The notes beneath the pieces were generated by a model. The model saw only the letters and a program-made list of their open reading frames with translations. It ran no database searches and was not told the DNA's origin. Of a stretch of 46,493 nt of DNA, positions 1 through 8,736 are shown piece after piece. The position numbers were made by a program, and so were the translations under genes. The stretch spans positions 1-46,493 of the forward strand of contig CAYRKK010000001.1 in assembly GCA_964424875.1 (NCBI GenBank), given 5' to 3'. Source of the stretch: Candidatus Woesearchaeota archaeon (lineage in GTDB: Archaea > Nanobdellota > Nanobdellia > Pacearchaeales > GW2011-AR1). Position 1 is the stretch's first letter. Each line of letters starts with the position of its first letter.

Positions 1-32
1 CCGAGCAAATATCTCCAATAATCCTAAATCAT

Positions 33-932
33 TTAAATTGTATTCAAACCCCCCGACGGAGCGTGTCTAACAATTAGTAAATAAATGCTAATTGTTTTAT
101 TATTAACCCTAATTAATAACTTAACTTGATAACTTATAATTCTTCCGAGAGTTCTTACTTGCATAACTTCCTCCTTACAGGCTTTAAATCTATCTCCAAA
201 TTCATTAGTTAAACTTCCAAACAGACTTTCTCCTCTTCCTCTTTGCCTATAACCGAGCCTGTTTTCAATTAGCCAGTAAAGTTTTCTAGCTTTTCTTCTC
301 CAATAACCATCTGTTCTTCTTTTGTTTGGACATACAATAGGTTCATATCCTTTATTAAACATAACTCCTATCGCTTTGTTTGCATCATACCATGCATCTG
401 CATAAAGTTTACCTGTTCCAGGAGGCAAACATTCTTTCACTGGATCATGTACACTATTAGTTAAAAAACTTACTCCAATTGGATAAATTGTTCCATCTAC
501 AATCCTATTAGCGACGTGAATCTCTACTTCTTGTTTATTCCAAGAAGTAAATTTTGTTGCATCAACAAAAGTAAATGTTTGTTTACATAACTTATCTAAT
601 AACTGCCCTGCTCTTGAGATAATCAATTTTAAACATCTCACAATCTCTGGCTTTTTCTCCCAATAGCTTATCACAGAATGATCTACTCTTTCTCCAATAA
701 CAAGCCTGCTTAATCTCACTTCTGCTCTTCTTAAACTATTTTTCTCAAGTTCTTTAAGAATGATTAATTGAGCATATTCAGTAGGATTATGTTTTGGATT
801 TCTCCCTCTTCCCTCCTTTTTTCTTATTAAGTGCTTACATAATCTTTTCACATTATGAAGCACAAGATTTATATTATTTATTTCTGTTGTCCATCTAGCT
901 AGCATATTAATCACCTCCTTTATGCTAAACAA
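33..932 (-). CDS. DDE transposase (IS4/IS5-like)
   Basis: Candidate catalytic D in FVDATKF and in YADAWYD. A Y-x2-R-x3-E signature (YRQRGRGE) is typical of IS4/IS5 transposases. The ORF reads through the left inverted repeat and the target duplication before stopping in flanking DNA. Confidence 0.8.
   Translation of the reverse strand: MFSIKEVINMLARWTTEINNINLVLHNVKRLCKHLIRKKEGRGRNPKHNPTEYAQLIILKELEKNSLRRAEVRLSRLVIGERVDHSVISYWEKKPEIVRCLKLIISRAGQLLDKLCKQTFTFVDATKFTSWNKQEVEIHVANRIVDGTIYPIGVSFLTNSVHDPVKECLPPGTGKLYADAWYDANKAIGVMFNKGYEPIVCPNKRRTDGYWRRKARKLYWLIENRLGYRQRGRGESLFGSLTNEFGDRFKACKEEVMQVRTLGRIISYQVKLLIRVNNKTISIYLLIVRHAPSGGLNTI
50..58. repeat. Left target-site duplication CCCCCGACG
   Basis: Identical 9-mer at 975-983, immediately outside the other IS end. 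One further C is ambiguous between the inverted repeat and the duplication. Confidence 0.7.
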
Positions 933-974
933 ATGAGGTGAGCTAGCTATTTAATTTTATTTTTAGACACGCTC
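59..974 (-). mobile_element. Insertion sequence of the IS4/IS5 DDE superfamily, about 0.9 kb
   Basis: Perfect 11-bp terminal inverted repeats: GAGCGTGTCTA at 59-69 and TAGACACGCTC at 964-974. They enclose a single transposase ORF and are flanked by a 9-bp direct repeat. Confidence 0.75.
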
Positions 975-983
975 CCCCCGACG
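975..983. repeat. Right target-site duplication CCCCCGACG
   Basis: Identical to 50-58. A GC-rich 9-mer is unlikely to recur by chance in this AT-rich DNA. Confidence 0.7.
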
Positions 984-986
984 CAA

Positions 987-996
987 ATTTTATAAA
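987..996 (+). promoter_or_regulatory. Putative archaeal TATA box for the AI-2E transporter gene
   Basis: TTTTATAAA-like box about 25 nt upstream of the ATG at 1019, suggesting a leaderless mRNA. It lies 4 nt beyond the IS target duplication. Confidence 0.35.
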
Positions 997-1018
997 CAAC
1001 TATTATCTTATAATACAT

Positions 1019-2074
1019 ATGTTAGATAAAGATAATTTCAAAGAGTTATTGAATTATATATTAGTCATTGGACTTTTTATAATAGCATTCATAGTTATAA
1101 AACCAATAATTTTTGCAATAATTTATGGAGTCTTATTTGCGTATGTTCTTTATCCAGTTTACAAATACACTTTATCAAAAATAAAAAATGAAAATGCTTC
1201 TGCTTTTATTATTTGTATGGGATTATTATTTATCCTTCTTATTTTTACTAGTATAATCTTAGGTTCTTTATTAAATCAAGTTCTTAGTCTTTATTCGTCT
1301 TTACAAAAAACAAATTTAACAAATATAATACAAAGCTCCCTCCCTGATTTCTTTTCCTCTGAACTTTCAACAAACATGGTAAGTTCAATAAACTCTTCTA
1401 TTTCAAAATTACTTGCTAAATTTGCTAGCAGTATTGGAGATTTTGTTTTAGATCTTCCTTCTTTTATTCTTCAAATACTTGTAGTATTTCTTATTTTATT
1501 TTATTCTTTAAAAGATGGAGAAAAAGCTTTTGAATATATTAAATCTCTATCTCCTTTAAAAAAAGAAGTTCAAGAAAAATTCTTTCAACATTTTAAAAAC
1601 ATAACAAAATCTGTTTTAGTAGGCCAGATTGTTGTAGGAATTTTTCAAGGAATAATTGCAGGAATAGGTTATTTTATTTTTGGAGTTCCAAATGCCCTTT
1701 TATTAACTCTCTTAACAATGATTATTGGAATAATTCCTATAATTGGACCATGGCTTGTTTGGATTCCAATTGACATTTATTTATTTGCAATTGGAAGAAC
1801 AGGGGCAGGATTAGGCCTTCTTATTTATGGATTATTTTTAATCAACTGGATTGACACAATAATAAGACCTTTAATAGTTTCAAGAAAAACTCAAATAAAT
1901 CCTGCAGTTATTTTAATTGGAATGATTGGAGGACTTTTTGTATTTGGAATCCTAGGACTTATTTTAGGTCCATTGATTTTAGCATATGTTTTATTAGTAA
2001 TTGAAATATATAGAAAACAAAAATTCGATGAAAATATAATCTTTAAAAAAATTGATGATTTTAAGAAACATTAA
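1019..2074 (+). CDS. AI-2E family (PerM/UPF0118) membrane transporter
   Basis: Polytopic membrane protein with the family-typical segment GIIPIIGPWLVWIP and the expected overall length and topology. Confidence 0.75.
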   Translation: MLDKDNFKELLNYILVIGLFIIAFIVIKPIIFAIIYGVLFAYVLYPVYKYTLSKIKNENASAFIICMGLLFILLIFTSIILGSLLNQVLSLYSSLQKTNLTNIIQSSLPDFFSSELSTNMVSSINSSISKLLAKFASSIGDFVLDLPSFILQILVVFLILFYSLKDGEKAFEYIKSLSPLKKEVQEKFFQHFKNITKSVLVGQIVVGIFQGIIAGIGYFIFGVPNALLLTLLTMIIGIIPIIGPWLVWIPIDIYLFAIGRTGAGLGLLIYGLFLINWIDTIIRPLIVSRKTQINPAVILIGMIGGLFVFGILGLILGPLILAYVLLVIEIYRKQKFDENIIFKKIDDFKKH

Positions 2075-2191
2075 TTTACTAAAACGTCTCAACAACATTT
2101 TTATACTCTTTTCTATTATTTTATTTATCTTATTAAAAGAGGCATCTTTAAAGAAAAGTTGCTTTAAGAAAACTATAGGTTGTCTTGGAAA

Positions 2192-3673
2192 ATGAAACTA
2201 AGAATAAAAAAACTAAATTTTTTAACAGGAAAACCAGTCTGCATGATTCATGAAAAAACAGCTAAAAAAATGAGCTTGCATGTTGGAGATAGAGTTTCAA
2301 TTAAAAATAAAAAGAAAAACATAATCTCAGTTATAGATACTATTTCAAAAATAATAACTCCAAGAGAAATTGCCGTCTCAAGAGATATTATCCAATATCT
2401 TAATCTCAAAAATAAAGAAATTGTTAATATAAATATAACAAAATCTCCACGTAGTATATCTTTAATAAAAAAGAAATTAAGTGGCCAAACTTTGAAAAAA
2501 CATGAAATAAAAGAAATTATAGAAAATATAGCAAATAATTCTCTAACAGAAGTTGAAATTGCATTTTTTGTTTCAGCAGTTTATATTCAAGAAATGTCTT
2601 TAACAGAAACTAAATATCTTACTCAAGCAATGATTGACACAGGAAAAAAATTAAAATTAAGCGGGAAAGTTGTAGATAAACACAGCATCGGAGGAATAGC
2701 TGGAAACAGGACAACCCCAATAGTTGTAAGCATTTGTGCAGCAGCAGGACTTAAAATACCAAAAACATCTTCAAGAGCAATAACAAGTGCTGCAGGAACA
2801 GTAGATGTAATTGAAACAATAGCAAAAGTTGATTTTTCATTAAATGAAATAAAAAAAATAATTAAAAAAACAAATGCTTGTTTAGTCTGGGGAGGAGCTT
2901 TAGGTTTAGCACCTGTTGATGATAAAATAATAAAAATAGAAAGAATAGTAAGTATAGATTCAACTACACAAGTATTAGCAAGCATTTTATCAAAAAAAAT
3001 TTCAGTTGGAAGCAAATATATATTGATTGATATTCCTTATGGAAAATCTGCAAAAGTTTCAAAATTACAAGCAAAAAAATTAAAATTAAAATTTATAAAA
3101 TTAGCAAAACAATTTAATCTAAAACTTGAAGTTGTTTTAACTGATGGAACTGAACCAATTGGAAATGGAATAGGTCCTGTTTTGGAAATAAAAGATATTT
3201 TAAAAGTTTTAACAAGAACAGATTCTCCAAAAGATTTAGAAGAAAAATCAGTTTTTTTAGCAGGAGAATTATTAGAACTTGCAGGAAAGGTAAAAAAAGG
3301 TAAAGGCATAGAAAAAGCAAAGGAGATTCTTGATTCAAAAAAAGCTTTTGAAAAATTTAAGCAAATAATAAAAGAACAACAAGGGGATATTAATAAATTA
3401 AACAAATTTAAAGAACAAATATTCCCTCATGTAATAAAAGCAAAAAGAAAAATTAAAATTAAACATATAAATAATAAATTAATCAATCTTCTTGCAAGAT
3501 ATGCAGGATGTCCTGAAGATAAATTAGCAGGAATTTACCTTCATAAAAAAAAGAATCAGATTGCAGAAAAATCAGATAAAATTTTAACTATTTATGCAGT
3601 TTCAAAAGAAAAATTAAATCATGCTGTTTATTTTTATAATAAAAATAAAGAGAAGGTTGTTGAGTTTTGGTGA
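2192..3673 (+). CDS. deoA: AMP phosphorylase (archaeal-type thymidine phosphorylase homolog)
   Basis: About 490 aa with the N-terminal extension typical of archaeal AMP phosphorylases (MKLRIKKLNFLTGKPV...). It has a pyrimidine-nucleoside phosphorylase core (SIGGIAGNRTT, TSSRAITSAAGT). ATG at 2192 is preferred over the TTG at 2180. Confidence 0.8.
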   Translation: MKLRIKKLNFLTGKPVCMIHEKTAKKMSLHVGDRVSIKNKKKNIISVIDTISKIITPREIAVSRDIIQYLNLKNKEIVNINITKSPRSISLIKKKLSGQTLKKHEIKEIIENIANNSLTEVEIAFFVSAVYIQEMSLTETKYLTQAMIDTGKKLKLSGKVVDKHSIGGIAGNRTTPIVVSICAAAGLKIPKTSSRAITSAAGTVDVIETIAKVDFSLNEIKKIIKKTNACLVWGGALGLAPVDDKIIKIERIVSIDSTTQVLASILSKKISVGSKYILIDIPYGKSAKVSKLQAKKLKLKFIKLAKQFNLKLEVVLTDGTEPIGNGIGPVLEIKDILKVLTRTDSPKDLEEKSVFLAGELLELAGKVKKGKGIEKAKEILDSKKAFEKFKQIIKEQQGDINKLNKFKEQIFPHVIKAKRKIKIKHINNKLINLLARYAGCPEDKLAGIYLHKKKNQIAEKSDKILTIYAVSKEKLNHAVYFYNKNKEKVVEFW

Positions 3674-3682
3674 GTGGGATAA

Positions 3683-3696
3683 ATGCCCCCACGATT
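3683..3696 (+). repeat. GC-rich direct repeat ATGCCCCCACGATT, copy 1
   Basis: Perfect 14-mer repeated at 5971-5984, with similar flanks (GGxTAAx upstream). Confidence 0.8.
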
Positions 3697-3755
3697 TTTT
3701 AAACTTCAAGTTTAAGAAATTTGAGAGGAATTAATTTATTAAGAACGACTATAGA

Positions 3756-4232
3756 TTAACCAATTATTTTCTTAATTTCATCTCTTGCCTTGTCGATTTC
3801 ATCAAGAGTTATAGAATTTATTTTATTCTTTATAGTTAGAATAAATTCGCTTAATTCTCTACTATTAATCTCAACAGGTCTATTTTTAAGATAATATTGA
3901 TTGTCTATTCTTAACTCTTTATCATCTTCAAGTTTTTTAGAGCAATCTTCAGGAATTATTTTAATTTCTTCCAATAACTTTGCTATTTCGATTGTGCAAT
4001 CATGTATTTCACACTTAATCCCTAGCTTTTGAAGTAAAGCGTAAATAGAGAAGTATTCAGAATAGTACTTTGTAGTTGCCAGCCACATATTTGATTTGCC
4101 TTTAATGTCCTGCAAAACAGAAAGAGTTTCTTCTGCACTTTGTAGATATTCTCTTGCTAAATTATCATTGGATTTATCTATTTTTAAACCTGCAGATTGC
4201 TTACAACACCATTTTAATTTTTTAACATCCAT
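3756..4232 (-). CDS. HEPN-domain protein, partner of the adjacent nucleotidyltransferase
   Basis: All-helical protein of about 158 aa that overlaps the upstream MNT-type gene by 19 nt, the classic HEPN-MNT arrangement. No clean R-x4-6-H motif was seen (RIDNQYY instead). Confidence 0.55.
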   Translation of the reverse strand: MDVKKLKWCCKQSAGLKIDKSNDNLAREYLQSAEETLSVLQDIKGKSNMWLATTKYYSEYFSIYALLQKLGIKCEIHDCTIEIAKLLEEIKIIPEDCSKKLEDDKELRIDNQYYLKNRPVEINSRELSEFILTIKNKINSITLDEIDKARDEIKKIIG

Positions 4233-4771
4233 TTTATAATTTCTTCAGAGTCTTGAACTATTAAATGTTTCTTTTTTATTTCTTCTTTTAGACTTAGGCC
4301 TATTTCCCCTAATTTTTTTAAGTTAATCAAATGAAATTTTATATTATGTTTTTTTTCAAATTCTTTAAATTTATTTTTTTCAAATTCTTTAATGATAATT
4401 AAATCAATATCATTTGCATTTTTCAAATCAACAGAAGCAGAGCCAAAAATAATAACTGGATTGTTTGACTCATGCAAAAAAGAAACTATTTCTCTTAATA
4501 ATATTTCTTTAGAGCATTTTTTTATCAATTTATTCTTTTCAACTAAAACAAGATAATCTATAATTAAAGGATTAGAATAATTTAATTTGTATAATGTAAG
4601 CCTGCCTTTAATCTGTTTTACAACCACTCCCTCTTTTTCAAAATTACCCAGATATATCCTTGCTGTTGGATGCGGCATTTTTACTTCTCTTGAAATCTCT
4701 GCAAGATGTACCCATTCTTCTTTAAAAAGTAATGGTTCTAAAACTGACAATACTGTTATATTAATAACCAT
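4214..4771 (-). CDS. Minimal nucleotidyltransferase (MNT) with an N-terminal winged-helix domain
   Basis: G-S-x(n)-D-x-D signature in FGSASVDLKNANDIDLI, with an N-terminal wHTH-like region. ATG at 4771 is preferred over the TTG at 4816. Confidence 0.7.
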   Translation of the reverse strand: MVINITVLSVLEPLLFKEEWVHLAEISREVKMPHPTARIYLGNFEKEGVVVKQIKGRLTLYKLNYSNPLIIDYLVLVEKNKLIKKCSKEILLREIVSFLHESNNPVIIFGSASVDLKNANDIDLIIIKEFEKNKFKEFEKKHNIKFHLINLKKLGEIGLSLKEEIKKKHLIVQDSEEIIKWMLKN

Positions 4772-4937
4772 ATTGTTATAAATATAACAGTAGTATTTAA
4801 ATGTTTTGTTAGGCAAAAAATTTAAAAAGCATATATTTTATTATATTAATACCCCCCTAGGGGAAGAGTTCTGTGTAGTACTTTTTATTACGAAATTTAT
4901 AACACATTTTGATACACAAAGTGTGATACTTTTTGTA

Positions 4938-5792
4938 TTACTTTTTTCTTGCTAGATATTGGACAAAAAGGCTTTTTTCTTTCTTTTCTTCTTTGAAATT
5001 GTGATATACCTTTTCTATCACAAAATCCTTACTAAGTATCTCAATCATATCTTGTTGGTAAATTGGGTATAAGTCTAATTTGCTCCATTTCTTATTTTTC
5101 TGGTCATAATAATGAATAACAACAACCGTGTCACTTATATAGGCTGGGAAAGCAATTATATCCTTTTGGAATCCATGATAATAAACCGTGTAATCAAATG
5201 AAAAGTTCTCAAGAATTTTTTCCTTAGGTAAATTTGTTAGTGATCTAATGTAATCATAATTTCTAGAATCAATAAACAAATATCCTCCTTTTTTTAAAAG
5301 GCTAGCAAATTTATCAACAACTATTTGCTGAGCTTTTTTTGTGTATTCTCGAGTTCCTCCACCTATATAAGTTAGAGAGTTTCCTGTTAAAAAACCAAAA
5401 TCAAATAAATGGGTATATGGAGGTTCTGCTTTTGGTAAATCTAACCAATTAGCTTTATGAATAATCACTTCTGGTTTATTTTGTTTGAATAATCTATCCG
5501 CTTGCCTAATAAACTCGTCATCTACCTCATTTGCTTCAGCACCATCTAAATGATAGTTTCTTTCTTTTAGCCCTTGTATAATCCCGTTTAATTCTGTTCC
5601 TCCACCAACACCAAAATCAATAACACTTTTTAGTTTACGTTTAATTATCAAGTTAAGGAAAAAATCTCTTTCTTCTTCTTTTATGTTTCCTTTAAATTTA
5701 GGATAAATATATTTTTCCCAGCTAACAAATTTAAAATCAGAAAATTCTTCTATTGGGTTACTAACATATGGGAGAGTATTAACAAATGACAT
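4938..5792 (-). CDS. Class I SAM-dependent methyltransferase (glycine/sarcosine N-methyltransferase-like)
   Basis: Motif I VIDFGVGGGTE. Also ANWLDL and GNSLTYIGGG segments reminiscent of GNMT-type enzymes. ATG at 5792 is preferred over the CTG at 5873. Confidence 0.65.
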   Translation of the reverse strand: MSFVNTLPYVSNPIEEFSDFKFVSWEKYIYPKFKGNIKEEERDFFLNLIIKRKLKSVIDFGVGGGTELNGIIQGLKERNYHLDGAEANEVDDEFIRQADRLFKQNKPEVIIHKANWLDLPKAEPPYTHLFDFGFLTGNSLTYIGGGTREYTKKAQQIVVDKFASLLKKGGYLFIDSRNYDYIRSLTNLPKEKILENFSFDYTVYYHGFQKDIIAFPAYISDTVVVIHYYDQKNKKWSKLDLYPIYQQDMIEILSKDFVIEKVYHNFKEEKKEKSLFVQYLARKK

Positions 5793-5970
5793 TCTATTAA
5801 AGTAAATATATTGTCCTTTTAAAAGATTTCCAATAATCAATTTAGGAAAACTCGGGGAGCGTTGAACCAGCAAAATTCAGTAAAAAGCTCTCAAAAATGT
5901 GAAAAAAACACGAAATGGATTTCCGTCGATAAAACGAAAAAACTATGTGAGATTATTAACCTTAGGTAAC

Positions 5971-5984
5971 ATGCCCCCACGATT
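5971..5984 (+). repeat. GC-rich direct repeat ATGCCCCCACGATT, copy 2
   Basis: Perfect copy of 3683-3696. Confidence 0.8.
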
Positions 5985-6025
5985 ACTTAATCCCAAATAT
6001 TAACTCCCCTATAACAATTACATCA

Positions 6026-7747
6026 TTAATACAACAACTTATGCACAGAATTCAAATATTTAATATGCTCTCTTCGAATATCTTTTAATTCTGTTATGTT
6101 TCTTTTAGCTTTTTTAATTAACTCTGCTCCTTTTTGACCACTAAGGAGCTTAGGCAAAATAACATAATCAGCACCTTGTTTATATAATTCTAAAGCCTCA
6201 CTTATTCTCGAAGCAACAATGACAATTACTGCCTTTGGATTTATTTTTCTTGTTTTTCTAATTAATAGCATATTATCTTCAAAATCGGGAATAGTGCTCA
6301 CAACAATTTTAGTATTTTTAAGATTTATTTTATCTGTAATTTCTTCATGCATAAAATCACCATAAATGCAAGGGATTTTTTTATCAATTAAACTTTTAAT
6401 TATCTCAGGATTATAATCCACAACTAAAATATCTTTTTTATCTTTTTCAAAATCTTTTAAAATTAAACTTCCCATCCTATGGCATCCAAATATTACCACT
6501 CCTTTTTTATTAATATCAATAAATTCTAATTCTTCTTTTTTTGATTTAATCCCTTCAAGAATATTTAATGGCCAGGCAAACCAATTAACTAATCTTTTTT
6601 CATAAGTTATTAAATAAGATGTAAAAGACATTGTTAAAATAGTTAATAAAACAAGAGTACTAAACAATCCTGAACTAATATGTCCTAAACCAAATCCTAA
6701 GGTAACTATAATTAATGAGAACTCACTTGTTTGCGCTAAAGCATTCCCAGTTAAAAACGCAGTTCTTTTCTTATATCCAAAAATTCTTACAAGAAACATA
6801 AGTAACAAAGGTTTTAGGATTATAACAAGTCCTAATAAAACAAAAAGTAAAAAAACAAAATTTTTTGATATCATGCTTAATTGCATCCCTAATGAAACAA
6901 AAAATATTACTGAAAAAAATTCTCTTAGTGAATTAATATTCCCCTGAATTTCTGTTTTATAATCTGAATTAGCTAAAGCAACACCTGCAAAAAAAGCACC
7001 AATAATTAAAGACAAGCCAGAAAAAAAAGATCCAATTACAAATAAGAACAAAAAAGATATAGAAACCAAAAGAAGCAATTCACGATTCTTAGCTGCAGAC
7101 CTAAAAATAGGATTAGCAATTTTTGATAATATAAATGCAATGACTGCAAATACTGCCGCTTTCCCCAATACAATTGAAATACTATTAAAAGAAAAATCAC
7201 TTGAAAGAACAGTTAATGCAATAATTGCAGCAATATCCTGAATAAGTAAAATACCAATAATAATCCTTCCATGCAGACTATTAATTTCTTTTCTTTCAGC
7301 TAATAAAGTAACAACAATCATAGTACTACTAAATGCAACAACTAATCCAATATAGATAGGAGCTTTTCCAACAAAACCCATCCAACTTGAAATCAAAAAA
7401 CCAATAAAAAATAACAAGACAATTTGCAATATTCCTCCAATAGAAGAAACTTTTCCAACCTCTTTTAATTTTTTAAATTTAATTTCTAAACCTGCTGTAA
7501 AAATTAAAAATGCAATACCTATCTGTGAAAGAGAAGTAATAAGTTGAGGATCTTTAATTAAACCTAAAAACAAGGGGCCAATAAAAATTCCTGTTAAAAT
7601 ATATGCAGGGATTAGTGGCTGTCTCGATAGTCTTACTAGAAAAGCAAAAATAGTAGCAATTATAATTAAAACCCCAATTTCGGTTATGATTACTAACTCT
7701 GAAGGAACTCCTGCCATAAAACTCTGTAAAAAATTAAATATTATCAT
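6026..7747 (-). CDS. CPA2-family cation:proton antiporter (Kef-type) with a C-terminal RCK/TrkA-N domain
   Basis: About 12 transmembrane segments followed by a Rossmann-like segment (VVIFGCHRMGSLILKDF). Confidence 0.85.
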   Translation of the reverse strand: MIIFNFLQSFMAGVPSELVIITEIGVLIIIATIFAFLVRLSRQPLIPAYILTGIFIGPLFLGLIKDPQLITSLSQIGIAFLIFTAGLEIKFKKLKEVGKVSSIGGILQIVLLFFIGFLISSWMGFVGKAPIYIGLVVAFSSTMIVVTLLAERKEINSLHGRIIIGILLIQDIAAIIALTVLSSDFSFNSISIVLGKAAVFAVIAFILSKIANPIFRSAAKNRELLLLVSISFLFLFVIGSFFSGLSLIIGAFFAGVALANSDYKTEIQGNINSLREFFSVIFFVSLGMQLSMISKNFVFLLFVLLGLVIILKPLLLMFLVRIFGYKKRTAFLTGNALAQTSEFSLIIVTLGFGLGHISSGLFSTLVLLTILTMSFTSYLITYEKRLVNWFAWPLNILEGIKSKKEELEFIDINKKGVVIFGCHRMGSLILKDFEKDKKDILVVDYNPEIIKSLIDKKIPCIYGDFMHEEITDKINLKNTKIVVSTIPDFEDNMLLIRKTRKINPKAVIVIVASRISEALELYKQGADYVILPKLLSGQKGAELIKKAKRNITELKDIRREHIKYLNSVHKLLY

Positions 7748-7901
7748 TTTATTCCTCTTCTCTTTATATTAACAAAAATCCCTTATATAAAAACATTTCT
7801 AAACTTTACTTTCATTAACTATACATATCTTTCTAACTCAACTCTATCATACAAGTTTTTTTAAATTGATAATATTTCTAATAAAAATAATAAAACTCAA
7901 A

Positions 7902-8210
7902 ATGGAATATAAACCTCAAAACATCACCCAACAACTAGCAGATTATATAAAAAATAATTTAAAAAAAGGATATACTATTGATTCTCTTAAATTCTCTTTA
8001 TTTAATCAAAGATATTCAAAAATATCTATTGATAATGCAATAGAACTTATGAATAAACAACTTGCAGAAGAAATTCCAAAAATCAAAGAAAAACCTCAGA
8101 TAACTTATAGAATAATAGTTAATGATTTAGATTCAGAAAATAATGCCCCTTCCGAAATAATAGTATCAAATCAAAAAAAAAGTTTTTGGAAAAAATTGTT
8201 AGGGTTTTGA
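7902..8210 (+). CDS. Hypothetical small protein
   Basis: Intact ORF starting MEYKPQNITQQLADYIK. No domain recognised. ATG at 7902 is preferred over the TTG at 7866. Confidence 0.45.
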   Translation: MEYKPQNITQQLADYIKNNLKKGYTIDSLKFSLFNQRYSKISIDNAIELMNKQLAEEIPKIKEKPQITYRIIVNDLDSENNAPSEIIVSNQKKSFWKKLLGF

Positions 8211-8227
8211 AATTGATAAAGGTGTTA

Positions 8228-8308
8228 CGCCGTCGCCCGGAATCGAACCGGGAAGCCCGTAAAGGCACTGGTCTCAAGCCAGTTGGAGTACCATTGTCCC
8301 ACGACGGC
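8228..8308 (-). tRNA. tRNA-Ser (anticodon UGA)
   Basis: Hand-folded cloverleaf. Acceptor stem GCCGTCG/CGACGGC; anticodon stem ACTGG/CCAGT with loop CTTGAGA. A 14-nt long variable arm; T arm CCCGG-TTCGATT-CCGGG; discriminator G. CCA is not encoded. Confidence 0.9.
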
Positions 8309-8332
8309 ATAATAAAAGTATAAGAATGTAGC

Positions 8333-8340
8333 TTTTAAAT
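8333..8340 (-). promoter_or_regulatory. Putative TATA box for tRNA-Ser
   Basis: ATTTAAAA on the minus strand, 25-32 nt upstream of the tRNA 5' end. Confidence 0.35.
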
Positions 8341-8438
8341 GTTTTTGTGTTGATTAATCCTCACAATTACCAACCCAGAATTATTAAAGCCCAACTACAG
8401 CTAAGCCCATCTCTGTTTAGTTTAAAATTAAAAACAAA

Positions 8439-8735
8439 TTAACCAAACAGAGCACTCAAACCTTCTGCTGCAGCTTCTTTCTTTTCTTCTTTAGGAGCTT
8501 CTTCTGCTTTTGCTTCACCATCTCCACCAGCTACACCACTAGAAACAGCTACGCCAGCAACAACAGCATTTTCAAGCTCTTTGTCTATATCTACATCTTT
8601 CAAGCTTACAACAAGGCTTTTCACTTTGCTTTCATCTATTTCCACACCAGTTGCCTGAAGAACTTTTTTAATACTTTCTTCATCAACAGGTTTTCCTAAC
8701 TTGTGCAACAGCAAAGCTGCATATACATATTCCAT
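8439..8735 (-). CDS. rpl12: Ribosomal stalk protein P1 (archaeal L12)
   Basis: MEYVYAALLLH start, an Ala/Gly/Glu hinge and the conserved C-terminal EGLSALFG. Confidence 0.9.
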   Translation of the reverse strand: MEYVYAALLLHKLGKPVDEESIKKVLQATGVEIDESKVKSLVVSLKDVDIDKELENAVVAGVAVSSGVAGGDGEAKAEEAPKEEKKEAAAEGLSALFG

Positions 8736-8736
8736 T

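Noticed and set aside
2623-3405. Antisense ORFs 2623-3015, 3037-3405 and 3114-3338 inside the AMP phosphorylase gene
   Set aside because: They lie fully within a well-supported gene on the opposite strand. Their Phe/Leu/Ile-rich, low-complexity translations are the mirror image of a Lys/Glu/Asn-rich coding strand. No independent motifs were seen.
3683-5984. Integron-like gene cassette array
   Set aside because: The repeat-bounded cassette layout is suggestive. However, I see no IntI-type integrase, no attI, and no attC-like imperfect palindromes with R'/R'' cores. It is reported only as a repeat-bounded island.
8119-8310. 63-aa minus-strand ORF
   Set aside because: It overlaps the complete tRNA-Ser(UGA) cloverleaf at 8228-8308. 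Its GC-rich codons come from the tRNA sequence.
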